This document shows, piece after piece, positions 12,905 to 24,900 of a stretch of DNA of 64,000 nucleotides. Made by a program: the position numbers and the translations under genes. Positions within the stretch are counted from its first letter, which is position 1, and the number at the start of each line of letters is the position of its first letter. The DNA lies in the NCBI GenBank assembly GCA_951406725.2, contig OX597826.1, forward strand, positions 72,478,001 to 72,542,000. The letters run 5' to 3'. Source of the stretch: Octopus vulgaris (lineage: Eukaryota). The notes beneath the pieces were generated by a model, which did not search any database, was not told the origin of the DNA, and saw nothing but the letters and a program-made list of their open reading frames with translations.

Positions 12905-13420
12905 TCATCATTGTTAGCAGTCAATTGTCAAGATATGACTGTCCATGGCTTTGCCATGACTTGATAAGCTTCCTCCACAATGACCGGGTTTTCACTTGAG
13001 TTGGCCATTTATTATGATCAATTTCTTTCCACTTCATATTCTTTTTTTGCAGAATCTTTGAATCTCAGTCTAGGTTTTCCAGGATTTCTTTCCCCTTGTA
13101 TAATTGTGAGTAAAGGAGTTGTCTGGGGAGTCTGTTGTCCATCCTCTGTAAGTGTCCCAACCAGCATAAATTTCTATCAGTGAAGATTTCCATCACAGGA
13201 GGAATACCAGTACACCAGACGACCTATTCCTTTCTGATCTTGTCACAGCTCTCTTATTACACTAAGGGCTCGTTCTTAGGGTTTTAGCAGACATATAGCT
13301 TTATTCAGCAGTTGGAATATTTTTGAGGGTTATAACAGTCAGCAGAGGGTATAACAAGTCTGCACTAGCTATAAGCAGTCACTTTTTTGGGGATATAAAT
13401 GTCCTTACCTCTGGTTGAAA
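12905..13420 (-). mobile_element. RTE-clade LINE 3' remnant
   Basis: Minus-strand WLGHLQRMDNRLPRQLLYSQL..PGKPRLRFKD. Confidence 0.75.
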
Positions 13421-14164
13421 TAGTTACACCTGCTTGTAAATTTTACCACCTCTGGTTATAGCAGTCACCATATTTTATTCTTTTCAGACATCTACACACT
13501 ATGTATATACAATAAACATGTAGACAACACAACCATACAACATAAATGTTATCTGAATATATATATATCTATATATACAATAGAAATAAAGACACTGTGT
13601 TTACACAGTACATATTTACCACTTCCACAACAGTAATGGTTTCAATTCCCCTGAACATGAAAACTATGCAATACTCATCAACTCAATACAAATATATCTC
13701 TTCATTATATTATATCTACCATGTGTCCCCTCAAAACTTGTAAACACTTTAACCAGTCCTTCTTCTCCAGACCTACCCCACCCACTGAATCACCTCCAAC
13801 AATTACTGTGATTAAGATAACCAAAATTAGAGTATTGAGCCCTTAGACAGTATCTTGGTACCTTGTGGTGGTACTTTTGCAGTTACCAAAGTAATTTATT
13901 AGTGTCTTGGTCATGCAAACTAGTTTAAATATAAAATACAGCAAGTGGAGAAAAATACAAAGTGAAAAGTTCAATTCCAAACCACAGCTCTACTAATGCA
14001 TGCAGATAAAGATTAGAAAACAGTAATGAGAAGAATAAGAATAAGAATAAGAAGAAGAAAAATAAGAAATGTATATATTTCAAAAGAGAAGAGAAAATGG
14101 TGCAGAGTGAAATGTGTAGAAATTGTAAAGTCTTTGAAGATGCAAAAAAAAAAATCTGACTAAC

Positions 14165-14285
14165 CGGAAACTGTGTCTGATGCTGCACCACCAGGTGGAA
14201 CCAAAGGTGGTGTTTCCTGAATCTGTTTCCAGGAAATTGACTGTTGAGATGTTGGCACCAGAAAACGACTGTAAGAAACATCTTG
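14165..14285 (-). CDS. Coding exon QDVSYSRFLVPTSQQSISWKQIQETPPLVPPGGAASDTVS
   Basis: Acceptor gtgttgttgcag, donor gttagt; 121 nt, phase 0-1, open. Confidence 0.7.
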
Positions 14286-16745
14286 CTGCAACAACACGTG
14301 AAAGGAAATATGATGAGATTATGAATTATTATGATTAGCTGTGCATGGGAGAGAGGGAGGATTAAAATCGTTATCTTTCTTATTTTATTTAGTGTTTCTC
14401 GTTAATTTTTCCAGGGTTAGCCTGAAATGGATGAAATAGCTAAGATAAAACTGAAAGCAATACTAAAATTTGACAATATTTTATCATCACAATAAGTAAG
14501 TAAATATAACAAAATTTTTTAAAATTCAAAAGTATTTGAAGATCAGGTCAAATGTTCTGTATTCATCATAACAAGAAGGGACCATCAGCTTATTCACACA
14601 ACCTGTTAAAGATAATAAAAAAATCACCCTCAAAATCACATCCTATTGTCTTGGAAGAGGATGGTCACACTGAATAATGTAGTCCTAAATATGCTGTCAA
14701 TGAAATAAAGACAGGCTGGTTACAGGTGAAATGTATTTGATTTGATTGTAGACCTACTCTTTCAGGATTGACCTGGGGTTAAGCATCCGTAATTTATGTT
14801 GAAAAATGCAGTTTTATTTGTGTTTTTTTTTTTTATTTCTTAGAACTGTTGAACCATGTTAGAATTACCTACAGAATTTGGTCACCCATGAAACAAGTAA
14901 AAGAATTTGATTGTCTGTCTGTAGGTCGACCGAGGTCTCAGTTACTTCCCTTACTCTCAGTCTGAAACTAGGTGAGTGTGTATGAAGATGTTTCTTATAG
15001 GTGAGTGTGTATGAACGCATTGTTAAGACGTTCATGATGCAATCTTGAGGCTGTGCAATTAGATCCCGCCACACAACACATTGGACAAATGGTTTTCTAC
15101 CATCATTTTAAGTCGATCGAATCCTTGTGTAGATAGAAGTCTTGAGGAAGCTTGTCGAATGGACTGCACTTTGTTGGGATTGCTCTAATAGAAGTTCAAT
15201 ATCATGGTTCCAGTTGAATGGTTTCGGTTGGAATTGACTTCAAATTTGAAACTCCTGAGGAGAACTTGGGCATGAATGAGGACTGTGTCTTGGTAGAGTA
15301 GTTTGTATTCTAACTGAGGATTATGTGACGTATGCAAGTGTATATGTAACATATACAAAGCTACATATTCTATAATACAAGGAGCAGATAATTACATTTG
15401 TTTAGTATGTGTGTGCGCGTGTGTGAATAAATATAAAATCCAAGAATCGAGGTGTAGGGAGAAAGTTAGCTTCAAGCATTCTGTAGTAAATATAAAAAAC
15501 AACTTTCAGGGACAATAGTGGTTTATTGAGATGGGAGGTTGTGGATTTTTTTCTTATTGAAGTACGATAAACTGAAAAAAGTTCTTTTGTATTTCAGTAG
15601 GTGACCAGGGTTGCCAGGTATGCAAATAAGAATACAAGAGTTAAGGAATGGAGTAGATAAGATCTGGGCTACATGCTCCATTTATTTAACAAATGTAATA
15701 TATATATATATATATAATATATATTTTGCACAATACTTAATCATTGTTATATGTTTTATCTTATATTTAATCTTTCTATGATATGTAATTTTTCTAACTG
15801 GTATAATTTAATTTTTCATTATTGAATTGATAAAAGGTGGGGTTTTTTCTAATTATATATATATATATATATATTTGTTCATTTCATGTCCATTTTCCTT
15901 GCTTGCATGAGTATGATGAATATATTATTGAAGCAGTGTCTTGTAGCGTGAAACCCTTCCTGTTCTTCAATTAAGAGATTTCTTATTCCACATGTCTACA
16001 AAGATGCAAAACAAGTAGACATACAAATGCACATATGTACATATGAGGCTTTTTAGTTTTGTGAGTTATATGGTGACTTTACTAGTGTTGGTACAACAAA
16101 AATAAAACACTTGGTACACTCTGTAAAATAACTGGTGTTAAGATGGGTGTCAAGGTGTAGAAAAATTGTTATAGCTGACATTGGAGCTTGATACAGTTCT
16201 GGAATTTGTTGAATTTTGTCAAATTGTGCAACTCATGTGAGCATGGAAGATAGATATTTCCATCTACCAAATTCACTGACAAAGGTTTAGTTTGTTTGGG
16301 GCTATAGTACAAGTTCTTACCGAAGGTGCAGTGCAATAAAATTGAATTTGAACAGACATAATTAGGAAACTTCTTAACTACAAAGAAATGCTTACATCTG
16401 TACACAGCTATAACAGTGTCCATTATATGCATGAGTGTGTGTGCATAAGTCTATGTGTTTATGGCATTCTCACACATCACCATGACAATTCTATCTGAAG
16501 ATTACATTAAAGGTAACAAGTGTCTTTGTGTAACTCATACACATAGACAATGGCACAATGATTAGACGCTTACATGGATTGAACAACTTAAAATCCTTTC
16601 TATAATAATATGGACAATCATTACAGGTACAAATTGATGCTGATCTCAACATGTCCAATCACCATCCCACTTATCTCCTTAGACAGCCTATCCACAGCAT
16701 TCTATTGTTTCTTTCAGCTGGTTCTAGAACAACGTTGATGCTTAC

Positions 16746-16866
16746 CTGGCCTTCAACCTTCTCAATAGCTTCAATTGCAAGGTTTGCCAGCCCATCATAG
16801 GTACAAGTTGATGTCCTTTGACCAGAATGTTGACGTAAACGAGTCTCTTCCTGATGGATCTCTAAT
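16746..16866 (-). CDS. Coding exon LEIHQEETRLRQHSGQRTSTCTYDGLANLAIEAIEKVEGQ
   Basis: Acceptor ttttgtcattgttttgcag, donor CAG|gtaagc; 121 nt, phase 2-0. Confidence 0.75.
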
Positions 16867-17088
16867 CTGCAAAACAATGACAAAAGTAATGAGAAAAAGG
16901 GGGCAGATTGATTAAATATGTATACATATCTTTATGTGAATAGATACATTGTAACTGCATTGAACTCAGTGTATGTGTGTGTATATAAGACATGAATGGA
17001 TGTTTGAGATTGTATGTGCGTGTATGTATATGTGTGTGTGTGTGTATTTGTCAGTACATAAGCAGTAACAACATCAATAACAATATAC

Positions 17089-17957
17089 TTTTTTTAATTG
17101 CATAGTCTTTGATCTGATCTTCCAAATTAATCTTATCTAACACATCTGCTTCTAAACTTAGAAGAGATAAGGCATCCCGAATATTATTCTAGCAAGTTTG
17201 AACCAATTTCTTTTGTGCCACAAATCATTTACCATTTCTATGGTGACCGAATCACATGCTTCTTTTGTTCAATAGTTAATACAGAACTGATGATACCTAC
17301 ATATAGATGATGACGATGATATGATGAATACATATTTAGTTACGATAAGAGTTCAATTTCCCAAGCGTACGTTTTATTTACCAGTAAGAAGTAGGGGTTA
17401 GGACCCAGACCTTTTTCTATTTTCCCAAGTGTAGTTTCTCCTACACTGGAAGACAAAGATGATGTTGGCATGGTTGATGTTCAGTGTTGAGATAATAGAC
17501 GTATAAAGCATGTAAACACCATCTATAGATAGGTATCCTCAATGCTGTATTAACTATTGAGCAAAATAAGCATGTGGTTAGGGCATCAAGAGAAGGAGGG
17601 GACACCACAGAAATGGTAAATGGTTTACAGCACAAAAGAAATCACTTTGAACTTGCTAAAATAATATTCAGGATGCCTTTATCTCTACTAAGTATAGATG
17701 CAGATGTGTTACATAAGATTAATTTGGAAGACCTGATTAAAGACTTTACAATTAAAAAGTGGGAGAAAACTTTTCAAATATAAAGTGGAAGGATACAAAA
17801 TAAACATCAATTTTTCATCAATGTTAATTTTGTTTCATTTTGAAAAATAAAAAAATTATGTTATGGTTTATTATTGTTTATATTTTGGATTATATATATG
17901 GGGGCACCAAAATCTTTTAAGTGCTTAGGGCCTCTATGCGTCTTAATTCAGCCTTGG
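17089..17957. mobile_element. hAT transposon 3' remnant plus an inverted copy
   Basis: LSLLSIDADVLHKINLEDLIKDFTIKK resembles the hAT C-terminal dimerisation domain; hAT-like end TTAATTCAGCCTTG; 17089-17309 is an inverted copy of 17520-17759. Confidence 0.7.
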
Positions 17958-18186
17958 ATATCATATAGGTAGACACAAAGTTTATACAGTAGACAATGCA
18001 GTTATCTAGTCAGATAAGAGGATAGGGCCTATCTAGAGACATCCAAAGGGGCAAGTTTTCAGCATAGTTAAATAGATACATGAAAATAAGCTGAAAAAAC
18101 AACAACAACAAAAAACAGTTACAACAACAATTTGTAAAAAAGGGAATCAAAGAATATTTGTAAAAATTATTTATGTAACAACTTAC

Positions 18187-18270
18187 TTGGAGCCGTGTTG
18201 TGTAGATCTGTGGTAGGGAATTACGGAAAAAATGGCTAAAGGAACTTTTGTTTGACTCACAAGTAACACT
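18187..18270 (-). CDS. Coding exon (R)VLLVSQTKVPLAIFSVIPYHRSTQHGS(K)
   Basis: Acceptor tttaattttcattgtag, donor gtaagt; 84 nt, phase 2-2. Confidence 0.75.
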
Positions 18271-18718
18271 CTACAATGAAAATTAAACATTATTACTTTT
18301 TGTCATTAGGTCAATGGACAATAACAAAGTAAATGGCTTTGCTAAAAGTAATTTAAGACTGAAATGAAGGTTACAAGTTCAATCTCTACCATCAATAAGA
18401 AACTTATATAACACACACACACTATCATCATTTAATGTCTGTTTTCTATGCTGGCATGTGTTGGATGGTTTGACAGGAATTGGTAAGACTGCCTCCCCCC
18501 CCCACACCAATGGCTCCAGTTGTCTGTTTTGGCTTGGTTTTTGTATGGCTGGATGTCCTTCCTAATGCCAGCCACTTTACAGAGTGGACTGGGTGCTTTT
18601 TATATGACCCCAGCGCTAGTAATCTCTCTCTCTCTCTCTATATATATATATAAACATATATACATACATACATACATACATAATGGATAATATACATATA
18701 TACACACACACAGACACT

Positions 18719-19054
18719 GAGACCCCCTTAGGTCATGACTGACCATGGGATTGCACCTAGAAAGTTACCCTGCCAGGTACAAGTCCGGGCAAGGTTGTTT
18801 ATGGAAGACCAGCAATCGTTCATGCATACCGGCCTCCCCTCTCCACACCATCAGTGTTATCCAAGGGAAAGGCAAAAGCCAACACAGCTTGGCACCAGTG
18901 ATGTCACAACTCATTTCTACAGCTGAGTGAACTGGAGCAACATGAAATAAAGTGTCTTGCTCAAGAACACAACACACAGCCCGGTCCCGGATTTGAACTC
19001 AGAACCTTGCGATTGTAAGCTCGACGCTCTAACCACTGAGCCATGCGCCTTCAC
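18719..19054 (-). mobile_element. tRNA-derived SINE family D
   Basis: Minus-strand head GGCGCATGGCTCAGTGGTTAGAGCG..GAGTTCAAATCC; full plus copy at 63488-63825; shorter relatives at ~28290-28540(-), 36072-36300(+), 62030-62280(-). Confidence 0.85.
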
Positions 19055-19094
19055 AACACACACACCGATATATATCATCATCATCCAACGTCTG

Positions 19095-19143
<49 letters not shown>

Positions 19144-19788
19144 GAGTAATGTTTATGAATGTGTGGTAGTGCAAAGAAAAAATAAATTGAGCAACAGCTC
19201 AGTACTGGTGTGGAGTGGAATAAGTATTTAATGCAGTTTAAGTAGGGCAGTCAGTTAATAGACAGCCCCCCCCCACCTCTCCTGTATTACCATTTGAAGA
19301 TCCTTTATAGGTGGAAATGTTCAATAATGCATCCTTACCTAACTTATTACATTGTATTAATACACATACGCATATGAACCCACACACACACACATGGTGT
19401 AGTGGACAGTGGCAGGGAAAAAAGCTTATCCAAATTTATGAACTTCAGTATGTGTGTGTGTGTATGTGTGTGTGTGAGTGAGAGAGAGAGACGTCTAGCA
19501 GTTAAGCAAGGTCATTTCGATTCCCAGACAGATGCTGCTTTGTGTTCTTGAGCAAAACAATTCATTTCATGCTGCACGGGTCCACTCAGCTGAAAATTGG
19601 TGGGCCTTGCAATGGACTGGTATTCTGTTAAGGGGTGGGTGGGAGTGTTGGTCTGGCTGCCTAGGCAACAAAATCATATCATTTGAATGCTATGACAATG
19701 CAGGGAAGTGTATTGTGATCAGTGGTGTATAACAACATCTGATCATCTTGTCGATATAGTGATATATATCATCATCATTTTCCATGTT

Positions 19789-19820
<32 letters not shown>

Positions 19821-19826
<6 letters not shown>

Positions 19827-20409
19827 ATAGAAGGAGTTTACAGGACTAGAACTGTTTCATTCAAATGAAATCATCAGGAAGCTTTGTGTCAAGAATAGTT
19901 TTGGCATTTATACATTTAGGCAGATTTAAAGGGGTGGTGGTGGGGACTTTTTGGGGTAGGCATGGCGCAAACTGTCTTTCTTAGGGGAGTGGTCAAAAGA
20001 ATCAGTGATAAAGTAGATAAAGGAATAAATAGAATAATAGAATAGAGTTTTAGGTAAATAAGAAGACTATATGCAAGCACGCGCACACATATATCTACAC
20101 ACATATATATAAAAAACAATATATATGTGTGTAGATATATGTGTGCGCGTGCTTGCATATAGTCTTCTTATTTACCTAAAACTCTATTCTATTATTCTAT
20201 TTATTCCTTTATCTACTTTATCACTGATTCTTTTGACCACTCCCCTAAGAAAGACAGTTTGCCATGCCCTACCCCAAAAAGTCCCCACCACCACCCCTTT
20301 AAATCTGCCTAAATGTATAAATGCCAAAACTATTCTTGACACAAAGCTTCCTGATGATTTCATTTGAATGAAACAGTTCTAGTCCTGTAGAAGCTCCTTC
20401 TAAAAAATA
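19821..20409. repeat. Near-perfect ~290-bp inverted repeat, probably inverted Penelope-like pseudo-LTRs
   Basis: 19821-20110 is the reverse complement of 20119-20409 apart from a few small differences; 8-nt spacer; flanked by (TA)n; contains a hammerhead motif. Confidence 0.85.
20345..20395 (+). ncRNA. Type I hammerhead ribozyme candidate
   Basis: Stem I AGCUUC/GAAGCU, CUGAUGA core, short stem II UUCA/UGAA (non-canonical U-U closing), GAAA, stem III ACAG/CUGU, cleavage triplet GUA after 20389. Confidence 0.7.
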
Positions 20410-20998
20410 AATTAATTTACTCTGCTATGTATTGAGTACCTTATTTACTGTGGTTAACCCCGACTCAACCCGGGACCTACATATATATATATAACGGGAA
20501 GGTTTACGAAAATAAACAAAAGACGAAGGCAGGTGGAGTGTACCTGGAAGATAAGGGATTCTCTTCCCCATGCGATATATGCACCTGTCCCAATTTACTC
20601 ACTTCACAACACACATACAAACACATTTTTTATGGGTCCCATTGGAGTGACACATAACCATTCCTAAAACAACATTGACAAATGCTCTATAAAAGATGGA
20701 TACAGACATGCTTGAGAAAATAGCAAACTGGGATCTCTAAACATTATTTTTGCATTCTCACAGCATTTGTTAACTCTGAATATCCTTGCTAATCTTCAAT
20801 ATCTTTGCTAACCCTAAATGTTTCTTGCATGTTTCTCATTTAACCTTCTTTGTAACTTTCAACACTTCTATGAATTTTTCTCAAAGATGCACCTAAATTC
20901 TTGTTCTAAGAAAGGAAACTCCTGATGCATTTCTTAAACCATTAATAATAATAATAATAATAATATTAATAATAATGAGATAATAAAATGTGACAAAC

Positions 20999-21119
20999 CT
21001 CTCATCTTTAATTATTCTCTTTTTATGTGGAGTAATGAAGTGTATTTCGCCAGATTCTTTCACGACCCCTTCACTGGAGCTACTGGACAGGGAGTACGAC
21101 TGTCGAGAAGCCCTTTCAG
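20999..21119 (-). CDS. Coding exon (A)ERASRQSYSLSSSSSEGVVKESGEIHFITPHKKRIIKDE(R)
   Basis: Acceptor gtttgttgtgtcag, donor GAG|gtttgt; 121 nt, phase 1-2. Confidence 0.7.
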
Positions 21120-21464
21120 CTGACACAACAAACACAACAAAATCATCATGATCATCATCGTCATTATTATCACCATCATCATCATCATAATTAACTACAA
21201 CAACAACAACAACATTACCCAATTATTCAATCATTTCAGAAATCCACAGAACCATGAAATCTCTCCTTCCAACCCAATTCAGAATACCACAAAAACTCTC
21301 TCAAGCATATCCAGCACCTGTAGATGTCCTGGTTTGCCATTGTCATTACACTGGTCTCACTAATCTACAAGATCATTTAAAGATCATGGCTACTGTCCAT
21401 GCTCCTCTTACTAGCATATGAAAATGGCATTTTAAGTAGGGTGAGATGGGAGGTGAAACCAGGT

Positions 21465-21856
21465 TGTGGCTATTACTCCCAGGGAGCCTAATTCTGCAGT
21501 GAGGTTTAACTATGGAATTACAACCGTGTTTCGTGGTCTGCTACCACACCAGCTCCTTTATAGGATCCAGTTAGCTCAAGACATCATCAGGAGGAACCAC
21601 GTCCGGTTTCGGCCCCTACTCCTCTACCGTTTTGACATGGCGGGGCCCCCCCTTTCGGAGGTGTCTTCAGCTCTGGTGTTGGGTGCACGTCTTCTTTCTT
21701 CTGTTCCCTGGCCTCTTCGATGTATCATCAGCGAGTGTCAGCCGGTGACTGATTGACTTGTCAAATTGTTCCCTTTAAATACCTGCCTGCCACCAATAAA
21801 CATTGGTGGCATGTTTATCTTCTTTATCTAGTTGTGGGGAAAGGTATACTGTCACA
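21465..21856 (-). mobile_element. LTR-like element containing hammerhead-like cores
   Basis: On minus strand TGTGAC...GCCACA termini, purine run AAGAGG just upstream (PPT-like), TATTTAAAG box, CpG-rich; three CTGA(T/A)GA and two stem-CGAAAC boxes; no TSD seen. Confidence 0.5.
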
Positions 21857-21939
21857 CCTCTTAAGGCTAGGTGGACCGTTCCTTTTGTGGAACCTACTTA
21901 TATTTAAGTAGACTGGGCTGTTGATATTACTTTGGCCGG

Positions 21940-22560
21940 GAACAGTACAGTGACCTATACCACTTAGTGGTACCTATACACAGCAAAGTCAATGAACTGT
22001 TGACAGCATCATGGTTATGATCACAGTTCAGTGGACTATACTACACTGTTGTATCTACTTAAAGCAAAGCAGATTGCTGATAGTTAAGTATCTTGTTCAC
22101 TGACACTGTAGAGTGAACTATACTGTTGTGTGGTACAAATGGGTTGACTGATCAATTTGTAACTGAATATCTTGATCATAAACATAGTACAGTTGACTTG
22201 GTCATGGATAAAATACAGTGAACTATACCACTCAGTGGTATCTACGTACAGCTAGGCAGACTGCAGATTGAACATCTAAGTGTGCTGAGTACAGTTGTCT
22301 TGGTTATGAACACAATACCATGAACTACATCACACTGCGGTACGTAACAAACTGGACTGTTGTCATTTAAATGTCATGGTCGTGGACACAGTACAGTGAA
22401 CTGCACCATATTGAGGTATCTACTTACAAGGTGGACTGGTCATTTGATGGCTCATTGTCATGTTCATGGACACAGTACAGAGAATTATATCACTCAGTGC
22501 TACCTTCATGCAGGTAAATATACTGGGCAGTGTATTGGTAATGGACACAGCAGAATGCAA
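21940..22560. repeat. Degenerate tandem repeat
   Basis: Recurrent CATGGACACAGTACAGTGAACTATACCAC..GGTATCTAC units. Confidence 0.65.
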
Positions 22561-22778
22561 ACATTTGAACCAGTAGCATATCAGTTAGTTGTGTGATACC
22601 CTAACAATTTCTTGAAGAAACATCAACGAGGCAGCAACACTGAGATGAAGCAACAAGTACTGGTTACAAGCTAAAGCTGTAGGGGAAGAGAGCAAGTGTA
22701 GGACTCAAGTTGAAGATAATTTGTGAAAAAAAAAAACCTAGTTAAATTAGATGAGGAAACAATCAACATAAGAAATAC

Positions 22779-23012
22779 CTATTTCTTTACAACCCACAAG
22801 GGGCTAAACACAGAGAGGACAAACAAGGACAGACAAATGGATTAAGTCGATTATATCGACCCCAGTGCGTAACTGGTATTTATTTATCGACCACGAAAGG
22901 ATGAAAGGCAAAGTCGACCTCGGCGGAATTTGAACTCAGAACGTATCGGCAGACGAAATACGGCTACGCATTTCGCCCAGCATGCTAACGATTCTGCCAA
23001 CTCACTGCCTTG
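22779..23012 (-). mobile_element. Young family B SINE with 14-bp TSD
   Basis: TSD AACATAAGAAATAC at 22765-22778 and 23013-23026; CpGs retained; near-identical copy at ~27830-28052. Confidence 0.9.
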
Positions 23013-23055
23013 AACATAAGAAATACAATGATTCAGGATTAAGGCAATTGGAAGT

Positions 23056-23092
<37 letters not shown>

Positions 23093-23293
23093 CATTCAAC
23101 ACATCTCAGAGTGGGAAGACAATTCTATGAACCATGGGCTGTATCCTAGTCTTTTTTTCTTTATTCTTGTCAAACATATAAGTGAAGCATTCTAAAGAAA
23201 ATTAACTCTGCTAAAATCTTCAAGGATGCTTCTCAGCAAAAACAAGTTGGAATTATAAAATTTTCTCTGTGTGTTTTATCAAAGAATTCTTAC

Positions 23294-23415
23294 CAAATCT
23301 CTCTATACTCTCTTTGATACCCTTCATACTAGGAATGGCAGCTGTGGCTTCGGTAGTAAAAGACAGAATCTTCCTCTTCAACAACTTCTCTGAATCTCCA
23401 GAATAAGAACTGGCT
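23294..23415 (-). CDS. Coding exon ASSYSGDSEKLLKRKILSFTTEATAAIPSMKGIKESIERF
   Basis: Acceptor tttctctccattttctatag, donor gtaaga; 122 nt, phase 2-1. Confidence 0.75.
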
Positions 23416-24544
23416 CTATAGAAAATGGAGAGAAAGTACAAACACAGGTTGTACAATTAGTATAAAAATATAATTACCAGTATGCAGAAAGTGACAGGTA
23501 AACTGAAATACATACGGATATCATAAACATATAGAGAACAGGAAGGTATTCTGCAAAGGATCCAATCTTAAATAAGAAATTCTGATCTCATTTTGAGATA
23601 TAAGACTTACAAGATATACCCATAATACAGTCTAAGTGTGGCTCCAAATGGACAATAGTTTTTTTTTTTTACATTTCTACAACATCTGGATTCTCCAGTT
23701 TTCCACAGTAGAAACTTTAATGCTCTGAGATGATGAATTCTGAATTTGAATTTGTTCATATCTATATCAGGGTATATAGGAATTTTATGTACAAATATGC
23801 ATGCACAGTGATTGCTACTTGAGTGTATGCCTGTAGGTGTCTAAATTTACATTCATGTACAGGTATACATGACCATGCATATGATTGATTGATTCTAGTT
23901 TCAGCTCACGAGCTGTGGCCATGCTGGGGCACCGCCATATGTATGGAATGAGAGTGTGTATTTATGAGTACTTGCATATGTTTAAAAACAGATCACTGAA
24001 AATATATCCTTCATAAATTGCATTAATTTACAAACATTTTCAATTTATTATAATCAATTATTATTGATTTAATTAGGTATCCACTTATTGTAAATTATTC
24101 ATTCAGTGATCCACTTATTTATCTATAATTACATATTGATCATACTAGTAAGCATGTGTACCTGTTTTTTAATATCAATTATAAAGCAGTTTTGTGAATG
24201 TGTGCTTTACTTAACATGAAATGACATTGATTCATTACAGTGTCTACCTCTAATTCTTCGATGCTATATTTCATGGAGAAAATATTTCACCTGTAATAAA
24301 TCAAATTCATTCTAAATGCTGGAATCACAAAGAAATATCCTGAAATAATTCAAATGCACTCACAGATTCAAAATATTCAATTTCAGACAAGCTACTTAAT
24401 TAGCAAAAGCAAAATTTCTTTACTAAAACATTAAATCTGTAAAATACTACAATTTGCTCAACAGCTATCCTTAAATCATAAAATCTTCTTTGGATATTTG
24501 GTCTCCTTGATCTTTGCTAGCACTGAGGCCAGTGGTTATTTTGC

Positions 24545-24900
24545 CTAATGCTCACTGCACTGTAGAAGCCTTTGTGTTATGAAGCTGAAGTGAAGTCTTT
24601 AGGATTGAACAATGCATTCAGTATAAAGCACTACATCAGAAGGATGGAAGGACCATTCAAGAAAAGTATACACAACTATACTGCATCATTCAGAAACTTT
24701 GAAAAGTAGAGCATAACTACACTGGAGATTGAGAGAAGGCCACAGGCTATGATATGAAATGGGAGTTATTGGAGAAATGCAAGTTACCCTTCTATGGCAG
24801 AAAAAGATGTAGATTCTATTTAGCAGAAAAGAGATGGATACTTCAGAGCTGTCTCATGACAGTGCCAAATCATATACGTTTAAATCTTGTTTACATAAGC
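24545..24900 (+). mobile_element. Penelope-like element GIY-YIG endonuclease remnant
   Basis: LCYEAEV..HYIRRMEGPFKKSIHNYTASFR..YDMKWELLEKC..RKRCRFYLAEKRWI resembles PLE motifs IVY/YIG..FKxRxxNH..IKWEIL..CxLCLxEK; stop and frameshift present. Confidence 0.7.

Noticed and set aside
18985-19054. tRNA-like A/B boxes (also ~63490-63560)
   Set aside because: SINE heads continuing into SINE bodies; no complete cloverleaf seen.
19916-20367. Mirror-image 80-aa ORFs on both strands
   Set aside because: By-product of the palindrome; no coding signal.
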